From Bacillota bacterium (lineage in GTDB: Bacteria > Bacillota > Clostridia > Christensenellales > CAG-138), in assembly GCA_023435025.1 (NCBI GenBank), contig JAEYSE010000022.1:2690-66689 (forward strand): a DNA stretch of 64,000 bases, written 5' to 3'. The position numbers and the translations under genes are program-made. Positions 57,408 to 64,000 of the stretch are shown here, piece after piece (the stretch's first letter is position 1; the number at the start of each line of letters is the position of its first letter). The notes under the pieces are model-generated. The model was not told the DNA's origin and made no database searches. It worked only from the letters and a program-made list of their open reading frames with translations.

Positions 57408-57444
57408 AAGGCCGCTGACTCAACTGTCAGCGGCCTTCCTATTT
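57408..57444. terminator. Bidirectional terminator between convergent genes
   Basis: A 12-bp stem AAGGCCGCTGAC/GTCAGCGGCCTT with a 6-nt loop, followed by CCTATTT. Confidence 0.65.
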
Positions 57445-57456
57445 GGGTTATGGTTG

Positions 57457-58205
57457 TCAACAGGTTGCCTGGACCTGGTGAAGTTTGGAGAGCCGAAAAA
57501 ATCGGATTGCGGCCAGCATGGAAAACACCACCCAGGGAATGAGAGAAACGAGCGAGAAATAGACACCTATGGTTTCGACCGTAGACGGGATCAGCATAAA
57601 TACGCCTGAGGACAACCCAATCCAAGCCATCGCCTTGCTATAAAAGGCGCTTTTGAACATAGCAACGGATATCAGTATCAGGCAAATCGCGCTCAATATA
57701 TAGTAGATGTCGAACGCGGTGCCTTTCCATTGGGCAATCAGCGTCTGTCCGGCGGCAAGAAGCACAGCTCGTTCCGGCTCCGAGGCGCTTAAAACAAACT
57801 GTCTGCTCAAAGAGAGCATTTCAAACGCCGGGTTGGAAGCATAATACGCTGCGGTGGCCAGTAATCCCATCAGAAGGGAGATCAGCAGCATGGACTCGTT
57901 CCTTTTCCTGAGCGACAGGTAAAAGGCAAGGTACATCAGGGCTACGATGGTATTGTTGACGATATAAACCACATCAAGATGCATCAGACCAAGAACCGTG
58001 CTGCTTTGCAGCAATTGATACCACGCGGTAACAGACTGCGGTATGGGCCATATGGCGAATACCGCAATCTGAATTGGAATAAGAACCCCATCACGATTGT
58101 CGCGATCCCGGCAGCCCGATAAAGCGGGCCCCACTTCTCAGTTTCAGCCTCGTTTTGAAGGCGGGCTTTGTCCTCTAGTGGCATGGTTTTTATACATATG
58201 TCCAT
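57457..58205 (-). pseudogene. DUF4386-like polytopic membrane protein, apparently interrupted by a 1-nt frameshift
   Basis: Two overlapping minus-strand ORFs (58205-57984 and 58134-57457) join sensibly at a C4/G4 run (58086-58089). The join reads ...WGPLYRAAGIATIVMG | VLIPIQIAVFAIWPIPQSVTAWYQLLQ... It could be a sequencing error rather than a real pseudogene. Confidence 0.5.
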
Positions 58206-58217
58206 ATACGCACCCAG

Positions 58218-58613
58218 TTAAGCCGGATTGGCGCTGAGCAGCGCGCCCTCTATGGCCTTCAATATGACCCGGCTTGAGTATGTCGCGCCCGACACGCTGT
58301 CCACCTGCAAGGATTGCGCCTCCACCACTTTGCCGGGGATTGCTTCCGCTGGAGCACCCTGCCCATTGTCGTGCCTGATAATATCGATCGATGTGATTCT
58401 GTGCGCCTTTACCGTAACATTGACTTCCGCAGAAACGGGGAATGCGGAATAACTGCCGGAATAAACGCCATCCTGAATCGTATTAAGATCGATTTTTGTT
58501 TTTAGCGCTTCCAGGTTTGCGCTGACGCGGATGAGCACACCGTTCACGGCAAGGGCAATTGCCGCTATTGCCACAAGCACAATCGCAAGAATGACGATTC
58601 GTTGCTTTTTCAT
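58218..58613 (-). CDS. FMN-binding domain protein (membrane-anchored)
   Basis: 131 aa with an N-terminal TM helix. VDSVSGATYSSRVILKAI is the FMN_bind (S-G-A-T) flavinylation motif context. Confidence 0.75.
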   Translation of the reverse strand: MKKQRIVILAIVLVAIAAIALAVNGVLIRVSANLEALKTKIDLNTIQDGVYSGSYSAFPVSAEVNVTVKAHRITSIDIIRHDNGQGAPAEAIPGKVVEAQSLQVDSVSGATYSSRVILKAIEGALLSANPA

Positions 58614-58643
58614 GATTCAAGGCTCCTTTTCAGCTAGCGGCGG

Positions 58644-59114
58644 TCATGCCAATACGCCAAGCTTCCCGACGACAGCGTGAATCAGCTTTTCTCGGTTCTC
58701 AGCATTGGACCAGTTGACGATTCCCGTTCCGTATACGGCTGCCCCCTTACCCCCGCAGAGCGCGAGCATCTGCTTCATGGCGCGGTTTCCGCCCATCCAG
58801 GGGTGAGGAAATTGCTGCGTCAAAAAACACGCCGTCTTTTTCCCGCTTAAGGAGCCGATTTGGGACAGATATGCCCGCATGACCGGGGAAAGCGAAAATC
58901 CCCGCACCGGTGCGCCAAACAGAACCGCATCGTATCCGTCGATATCCGGCTTTTCCTTGAGCCTGATTTTCTGAGCATCGCCCTCTTCGTCGTTCAAAGC
59001 AGATACTTTTAAAAGGGATACCGCATGCCCGGCAGTAAGAAGCTTTTCTTTGATCTTTTGCGCTACCATCAGCGTGTTACCCGTTTGAGAGTGAACGATA
59101 ATCCCGACCTTCAT
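58644..59114 (-). CDS. Flavodoxin-family protein
   Basis: 156 aa. MKVGIIVHSQTGNT is a flavodoxin phosphate-binding loop pattern. Confidence 0.8.
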   Translation of the reverse strand: MKVGIIVHSQTGNTLMVAQKIKEKLLTAGHAVSLLKVSALNDEEGDAQKIRLKEKPDIDGYDAVLFGAPVRGFSLSPVMRAYLSQIGSLSGKKTACFLTQQFPHPWMGGNRAMKQMLALCGGKGAAVYGTGIVNWSNAENREKLIHAVVGKLGVLA

Positions 59115-59126
59115 ACTTGATTCCTC

Positions 59127-59732
59127 CTATATTTTCAATAAATAGTCCACAATCTGATCAAGGTCCCGGAATAAGTTTTTCGTGTCGCCCAGGTCGCCGT
59201 TGTTGGAGAAGCTTAATGTCAGCAGGCCGTGTATGGCGTAAATGCATGTTTTTGCCACCGCCTCGATATCCGCCGCCCGCAACCTGCCGCTTTTTACATA
59301 GCCCTGAAGCGTCTCGTTCCACATGGCGCCAATATCCGGCTCAGCAATAGCGTCAATAGAAACCTGTCTTGGCCGCTGTATCTGAAAAAAGTAGAAGAAT
59401 TTGAATACGTTGGGGTTCTCCAAATAGTATTCCATATAGGTTTTGAATACGTCTTTTATGTCCATCTCCCGGAGCGTAGGTTGGAATTTTTCTTGAAATA
59501 CTTCCACAAGCTCCAGAACCATATACCGTTTTGTTTCCCACAGCAACTCGTTCAGATCTTCAAAGTAGCTGTACAGCGTCGGGTATGAATACCCCGCGAC
59601 ATCCGCCACTTTCCTTACCGTTACGCCGTCCACCCCTTCAAGCGCAATGATTTCTTTTGCCGCCTGAAGAAAGTACAGTTTGACTCTGCTGCGTTTTCGT
59701 TCCTGTTTATCGGTTCTTATTTTTTCTTCCAT
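59127..59732 (-). CDS. TetR/AcrR family transcriptional regulator
   Basis: The HTH is FLQAAKEIIALEGVDGVTVRKVADVAGYSYPTLYSYFEDLNEL. I chose the start at MEEKIRTD (GGGGAAG upstream). The tracked ORF extends to 59807, so the start is ambiguous. Confidence 0.82.
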   Translation of the reverse strand: MEEKIRTDKQERKRSRVKLYFLQAAKEIIALEGVDGVTVRKVADVAGYSYPTLYSYFEDLNELLWETKRYMVLELVEVFQEKFQPTLREMDIKDVFKTYMEYYLENPNVFKFFYFFQIQRPRQVSIDAIAEPDIGAMWNETLQGYVKSGRLRAADIEAVAKTCIYAIHGLLTLSFSNNGDLGDTKNLFRDLDQIVDYLLKI

Positions 59733-59900
59733 GCTTCCCCTGTTTGCCTCGTTTCTGCGCAAAACAATTTTTCTAACACTGTTTATTATTTTTAACATTG
59801 TTATCATATCGGTTTGTGTTTATTTTGTCAATGAGAAAATAAAAAAGCGGACCTGAAATTAATATCAGTTGCAGTCATCGTCGCCTATGCTTAACAGCCT

Positions 59901-59940
59901 ATAAAAATAGGGCTGCCTCAGCAAAAAGCTGAAGCAGCCC
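59901..59940 (-). terminator. Rho-independent terminator downstream of the (DPE)n surface protein gene
   Basis: GGGCTGCTTCAGC-TTTTT-GCTGAGGCAGCCC on the minus strand, followed by TATTTTTAT. Confidence 0.7.
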
Positions 59941-59965
59941 ATTATCTTAACTAGTCGCAATAACA

Positions 59966-60700
59966 TTAATCTTCTTTCTTTAGACGGTTAATCAATATCG
60001 CGCCACCAGCGAGGAGCATACTGCCTACGATCATCATTATGCCGAACAGGTTGACATCACCAGTTTGGGGTATTCCCAGAGGAATGGCTTCAGCCACACC
60101 GGTGCCTGAACCGAGAGGAATGGCGGGATCATCAGGGTCTTCAGGATCTTCAGGATCTTCAGGATCCTCGGGATCTTCCGGGTCTTCAGGATCTTCCGGG
60201 TCTTCAGGATCTTCGGGATCTTCGGGATCTTCGGGATCTTCGGGATCAATCACATCTCCGCTTCCGAAGAAGCTTACATGGCTGATAGCCGGCTGGTTTC
60301 CACCGTTATTGAGCAGGTGCACCGAGGTGACCAAGTACGTACCAATCAGAAGCTGACCGTTTGGAATGGTATATAGCGCATACCCGTTCCCACCCTTTAC
60401 AGAAAGCTGTGCAATCTGGATATCCTTCGTCACGTCAAATGAAGCGTCTTTGCCATCATTTTGAATATTAATGTTCCCAATGCCGTCGATCGAATTGCCG
60501 TCCCAGCTTCCATTGTCCTCAAATTTACCGAGGAAATCAGCCACGCCATTATCGTTTCCAGTGTATACGTCAATCAGATTTTCATCCGTTGTCAGTAGGG
60601 TGGCGTCCGCCAAAGCAACGCTGCTGGTAAAAAACATGGCAGCAACAACGAGCAGAGCAATCAACTTTCTGCTTTTCATAATACGAGAAAACTTCCTCAT
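59966..60700 (-). CDS. Secreted, sortase-anchored surface protein with a (Asp-Pro-Glu)n spacer
   Basis: 244 aa. Signal peptide (KLIALLVVAAMFFTSSVALA), a domain of about 130 aa with unknown function, about 12 DPE repeats, then the sorting signal IPQTGD plus a hydrophobic helix and the charged tail RLKKED. Confidence 0.8.
   Translation of the reverse strand: MRKFSRIMKSRKLIALLVVAAMFFTSSVALADATLLTTDENLIDVYTGNDNGVADFLGKFEDNGSWDGNSIDGIGNINIQNDGKDASFDVTKDIQIAQLSVKGGNGYALYTIPNGQLLIGTYLVTSVHLLNNGGNQPAISHVSFFGSGDVIDPEDPEDPEDPEDPEDPEDPEDPEDPEDPEDPEDPEDPDDPAIPLGSGTGVAEAIPLGIPQTGDVNLFGIMMIVGSMLLAGGAILINRLKKED
60135..60247. repeat. Tandem 9-bp repeat (about 12.5 copies of GGATCTTCR) encoding (DPE)n on the minus strand
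   Basis: I read the copies directly: GGGTCTTCA GGATCTTCA GGATCTTCA GGATCCTCG GGATCTTCC GGGTCTTCA ... GGATCTTCG x4. Confidence 0.95.
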
Positions 60701-61091
60701 TTTCGTTCTCCTTCCATCGCATGCAATATCTCTGATTTAAAGATTGCGAGCCTTAGGGCTGTCAATTCGGCAAGCCCTAAAGGTTCCCGCGTTACCAGAT
60801 TTATCCGAAATGGTTCTTATCTTTTATATAATACGCTTTTGGCTGATTCACCGCTTCATAATGGCCTCATTCCGGCCTCATTTTGACCTCGCTTCAGTCT
60901 CACGTTCTCTCGGCAGAGCATTGAAGCATGGCGCCTACCTGTGCAGGCGGAACGCAACCGGCATCAGCAAAAGGCTGTGATTTCTTGCAGCTTAATTTTC
61001 AGTTGAGTGGCTTTTTCAAAGTAGCATTTGAGATTCTTTTACGATAAGTATTACTCGCATGGATTACAGCGCCGTGTCCACAGGGCTCATC

Positions 61092-61121
61092 AAAAAAACC
61101 TCCAGCAATCTGGAGGTTTTT
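61092..61121 (-). terminator. Rho-independent terminator downstream of the LacI-PfkB unit
   Basis: AAAAAACCTCCA-GATTGC-TGGAGGTTTTTT symmetry. The minus-strand hairpin is followed by a T7 run. It lies about 160 nt after the pfkB stop. Confidence 0.65.
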
Positions 61122-61281
61122 CATTGTCTGAGAGGGGGAAAAAACAGCTGAATGCCCGCTGACACCGGCCTTACCGTTTTCGCGCCAGCCTGCATCAATC
61201 TTCTAATTTTTGCGTTGTAATTAATACCGCTATCCGAAAGCGGGCTGATCCTTAATCAACTTTATCTTCTAGAAACTGTTA

Positions 61282-62169
61282 TTACCGGTAAAACGCATCC
61301 AGATACGCTTCCACATCCTTGCGGGTGCCCATAAACGGCCCCGGCGTTTCCATTTTGAGCGACACGAGCGCCGCAGCATAGCGGAGCGCTTCGGGAATGT
61401 CCTGATAAAACCGCTCGGTGATATAGCCGGAAAAGCAGGTGTCTCCCCTGCCGGTTCGTCCGATCAGACTGCGGGGCTTGAGCGGGCAGGTGTAAATGCG
61501 TTTTCCATCGAACACAAGCGCCTCGGTGTTGTGCGTGATCATGATTTCCTGCGCGCCCCAGTCATAAAGCTGGCGGGCGGCTCTAACCCTATCATCCGAA
61601 CCGGTCAGAATCTCCGCTTCCGCAGCGTCCGTTTTCAAAAAGCGTATCAAGGGAAGGTATGTCTTTTTCTCTTCCCAGTCACGGAATACCATGTCTCCGC
61701 CTTCATCGCAGCGCAGCAAGCATTGCACGTCCACCGCAGCCGCCGCACGCTTTGACGCATACGCGATCACTTCGTTGCCGATATCCCCCCGCATCAGCCC
61801 AGCAATATGGTAGACCCTTGCGTTGACGTCCGGGATTTCGTCCACGGTATAGGGAGCTATACGGCTGATGGCCGTGCAGGTGCGCCGCTCACGGTCTGCC
61901 GTATGGTAGACATTGCGGATAGAAGTGCTTCCAGGGCTTTCAAGCGGGAAAACCGTTACGTTCTTTGCCGGGGCAAACAGCGCGCTGATATCCATATCCC
62001 GGCTTGACGCCTTGGGCAGTACCGCGACTTTTCTCCCCATACCGGAAGCGGCCAAAGCGGAATAGACCACGGCGCCGCCTATGATACGCCTGGTTTCGCC
62101 ATCGTAATCCGTATTGATATCCATGCTGGGCTGGCCGATGATAAACGAATCAAATGGTTCTATCTGCAT
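61282..62169 (-). CDS. PfkB-family carbohydrate kinase
   Basis: I chose the start MQIEPFDSFIIGQPSMD, with GGGAGG 5 nt upstream. The C-terminal motif TGRGDTCFSGY matches the PfkB signature (G-x-GD). Confidence 0.85.
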   Translation of the reverse strand: MQIEPFDSFIIGQPSMDINTDYDGETRRIIGGAVVYSALAASGMGRKVAVLPKASSRDMDISALFAPAKNVTVFPLESPGSTSIRNVYHTADRERRTCTAISRIAPYTVDEIPDVNARVYHIAGLMRGDIGNEVIAYASKRAAAAVDVQCLLRCDEGGDMVFRDWEEKKTYLPLIRFLKTDAAEAEILTGSDDRVRAARQLYDWGAQEIMITHNTEALVFDGKRIYTCPLKPRSLIGRTGRGDTCFSGYITERFYQDIPEALRYAAALVSLKMETPGPFMGTRKDVEAYLDAFYR

Positions 62170-62255
62170 AGTACCTCCCGTCAATTCCGCAAGACATACT
62201 GGTTTTAATAGAATCTCCTTATGGCTTTGAAAATGGCTCGTCAGCCTTTGTTCGC

Positions 62256-63353
62256 CTATGTACTTTGACGTATGATAAGTTCATTCTCCACAAACAGCAT
62301 GCGGCTCTTTAAACCCGGGTCGGCGATCTGCGCAAGCAATTCCCGCACGGCAAGGCGGCCCATCTCGTTCCGGTTTACGCGGACGGTGGTGAGTGCCGGA
62401 TAACAGATCTCCGCCGCCTCGATATCGTCATACCCCACCACGGCAATATCCTGCGGAACTTTGAGCCCGGCGTCCAGTATCGCCTTGATGGCGCCCATGG
62501 CGATGCTGTCGGTCGCGGCAAATATCGCGGTGGGCAGGTTCTGGGTTTCCAGCATCCGCTGTATGAGTTTGTACGCGTTTATAGAACCCGTTCCTTCCGT
62601 GATAAAGGGCGTGCCGATGACAGGCTGAGGTTGCAGGCCGTACATGCTCAGCTTCTCCTCATCCGGCGGGGAATAAAGCCCCCACAAATTTGTGGAGCGT
62701 ATGGCGTCATTTGCGTATACGGGGATGTCATGCTCCCTGTGGACGTCCAGGTATGCCAAATATCTCAGGTAATAACTCGGGTGGCTGATGCGGTCACTGA
62801 TGAAGGCGATCTTTCTGTGCCCACGCTCCAGAACCAGATGTTCCATGAGTCTGCGCGCGCCGTTATAGTTTTCATCCACAATAAACGCGTTGTTGGGGGA
62901 AGGGATCGCGTCGTTTACAAAAACAAGCGGGATGTTCCTCCTTCCGAATTCCAACATGGCGTCTCTCGGCTTAAAGGAAATCAATATTGCACCGTCTATG
63001 CTGTCCTGAATGAAATGTTCGTCAAACGTACCGTTCTCCACTTCGGTAGTGGCGACAACGATATGGAAATTGTTCAGCTTTGCTTCCTGAATGGCGCCGT
63101 CCAGCAGCGGGCCAAAGAATGTATGCCCGAAGTAGGGCATATGCTTACGGTACATACAGAAGCCAAGAATACCGGAGCGTTTGGTGGCAACTGCCTGGGC
63201 CAGAGCGTTGGGCTGGTAGAAGAGTTCTTTCGCGATTTTGTTGACCCGCTGCTTCGTCTCTTCGTTCACCAGAGGGGAATCCGCCAGTGCGCGCGAGGCA
63301 GTGGCCTTGGAAACGCCGGCCAATCGGGCAATGTCGATCAGTCGTGGTTTCAT
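62256..63353 (-). CDS. LacI-family transcriptional regulator
   Basis: 365 aa. The N-terminal HTH is RLIDIARLAGVSKATASRALADSPLVNEETKQRV, followed by a PBP-type sugar-binding domain. Confidence 0.92.
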   Translation of the reverse strand: MKPRLIDIARLAGVSKATASRALADSPLVNEETKQRVNKIAKELFYQPNALAQAVATKRSGILGFCMYRKHMPYFGHTFFGPLLDGAIQEAKLNNFHIVVATTEVENGTFDEHFIQDSIDGAILISFKPRDAMLEFGRRNIPLVFVNDAIPSPNNAFIVDENYNGARRLMEHLVLERGHRKIAFISDRISHPSYYLRYLAYLDVHREHDIPVYANDAIRSTNLWGLYSPPDEEKLSMYGLQPQPVIGTPFITEGTGSINAYKLIQRMLETQNLPTAIFAATDSIAMGAIKAILDAGLKVPQDIAVVGYDDIEAAEICYPALTTVRVNRNEMGRLAVRELLAQIADPGLKSRMLFVENELIIRQST

Positions 63354-63462
63354 GTGAGGTCTCCCTTCATACCGTCATTATGGCAAGCCGTTCATTCGCA
63401 AATTGTGCGCAAAAAAGTTCTTGCATAACGCTAAAATCTATGTTTTAATTTATACAACAAAA

Positions 63463-63476
63463 TGAAACCGGTTGCA
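63463..63476. promoter_or_regulatory. LacI/CcpA-type operator candidate TGAAACCGGTTGCA
   Basis: A 14-bp near-palindrome with a central CCGG that fits the TGNAANCGNWNNCA architecture. It lies 110 nt upstream of the lacI-family gene in the divergent intergenic region. Confidence 0.5.
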
Positions 63477-63667
63477 ATAAGCAATCCATCATAAATTGAT
63501 AATTTTTTAAAGTGTCACACGCTTTTAGTTATTCGCTTTTGCATTGTCGCATATACCTCTTTTTTCTCTTTTTATCTCTTCGTTCTCCTTGCTTTCGTAA
63601 AACCGTATCCATCGTTTTACCGTAACTATTTGCCTTGTTTTGTACCGTGAATGATTTCTTATATCGT

Positions 63668-63681
63668 TACAACCGGTTTCA
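63668..63681. promoter_or_regulatory. Second LacI-type operator candidate (TACAACCGGTTTCA, the reverse complement of TGAAACCGGTTGTA)
   Basis: It has the same half-sites as 63463-63476 in the opposite orientation. It lies 50 nt upstream of the GDPD-family gene start. Confidence 0.5.
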
Positions 63682-63730
63682 ACCCCGTTTTGATTTGCCT
63701 TAAATTCAAATACAGAAAGAAGGATCATCC

Positions 63731-64000
63731 TTGGGAATTCTCCCCAACATCACCGCACACGCAGGGTGTGAAGGCACGGCATCGGGTTCTATCTCCTCTG
63801 TTTATGATGGCCTCCGCTTAAGGGCGGATTTTGTTGAAGTTGACGTCCGGCGAACGCAGCAGGGCGAGCTGGTCCTTTCCCACGACAGGCTGACTGAAGA
63901 AAATTATCGGTCCTGCGTACGTCTTTCTCAGGTTCTGGAGCTGGTAAAGGGTTTTAAAATGGTCGGCGTCAACTGCGATATCAAGGAAGAAGATATCCTG
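63731..64000 (+). CDS. Glycerophosphodiester phosphodiesterase (GDPD)-family protein, 5' part (runs off the right edge)
   Basis: A TTG start with GAAGGA upstream. Translation is (M)GILPNITAHAGCEGTASGS...ADFVEVDVRRTQQGELVLSHD, which fits the GDPD pattern (I.AHRG ... E.DV..T.DG..V..HD). Truncated at the window end. Confidence 0.65.
   Translation, partial: MGILPNITAHAGCEGTASGSISSVYDGLRLRADFVEVDVRRTQQGELVLSHDRLTEENYRSCVRLSQVLELVKGFKMVGVNCDIKEEDIL

Noticed and set aside
60135-60247. The regular short repeats considered as a CRISPR array.
   Set aside because: The units are 9 bp, contiguous with no spacers, and in frame within a secreted protein gene where they encode (DPE)n. No cas genes are nearby.

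Overview
This 64 kb window looks like chromosome from a fairly high-GC Gram-positive anaerobe, probably Clostridia. The evidence is a ybxF-type L7Ae gene inside the rpoBC-str cluster, a class B sortase with a PxTG substrate, and a LysM/GH18 spore-type hydrolase.

Gene content from left to right:
- Positions 1-17.7 kb, all on the minus strand: housekeeping genes fusA(5' part)-rpsG-rpsL-ybxF-[Cys-rich membrane ORF]-rpoC-rpoB, then yacL-like PIN/TRAM, carD, mrdA(PBP2)-mreD-mreC-mreB.
- Positions 18-40.3 kb, all on the plus strand: an M20 peptidase, then a large carbohydrate regulon.
  - A sugar ABC transporter with four genes.
  - A UlaE/SgbU-like 3-epimerase, an Fe-alcohol dehydrogenase, an AllA-like cupin and an FGGY kinase.
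  - Two monocistronic SorC-family regulators.
  - A 15-gene, ~9.1 kb bacterial microcompartment (BMC) operon at 31080-40197. It encodes rpe, an SrlD-like SDR, a DeoC aldolase, BMC-H, a second SDR, a class II aldolase, PduL, an unknown protein, BMC-P, an acylating aldehyde dehydrogenase, BMC-H, BMC-P, BMC-H, BMC-P and a second DeoC paralog.
- Positions 40.3-50.3 kb: a mosaic of accessory genes, some visibly lower in GC. These are a hydrolase, TetR, a lipoprotein, LysM-GH18, DUF3892, an FAD oxidoreductase, an aldo/keto reductase (AKR), an ATPase, a MATE transporter and NUDIX.
- Around position 50.4-50.9 kb: a repeat-rich scar next to tRNA-Ala(GGC).
- Positions 51-64 kb: a second mreB paralog, sortase B, two aminopeptidases, YitT, a TetR-flavodoxin-FMN_bind-(frameshifted membrane protein) unit, a (DPE)n cell-wall-anchored protein, a LacI-PfkB pair, and the start of a GDPD-family (glycerophosphodiester phosphodiesterase) gene.

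The main hunt result is the BMC locus. It is an aldehyde-dehydrogenase/PduL metabolosome with no B12 or glycyl-radical enzyme. Its signature enzymes are two DeoC-family aldolases that carry encapsulation-peptide-like N-termini. One of them also has a C-terminal CX2CX2CX3CP ferredoxin-type motif. The locus has three BMC-H and three BMC-P genes and no BMC-T. It is coupled to an L-xylulose/L-ribulose-5-P-like epimerase/kinase module and to two SorC regulators with recurring candidate operators. It matches the computationally named 'sugar-phosphate utilising' (SPU) BMC class, which to my knowledge is not experimentally characterised.

All calls rest on reading the translations and DNA by eye. No searches were run.
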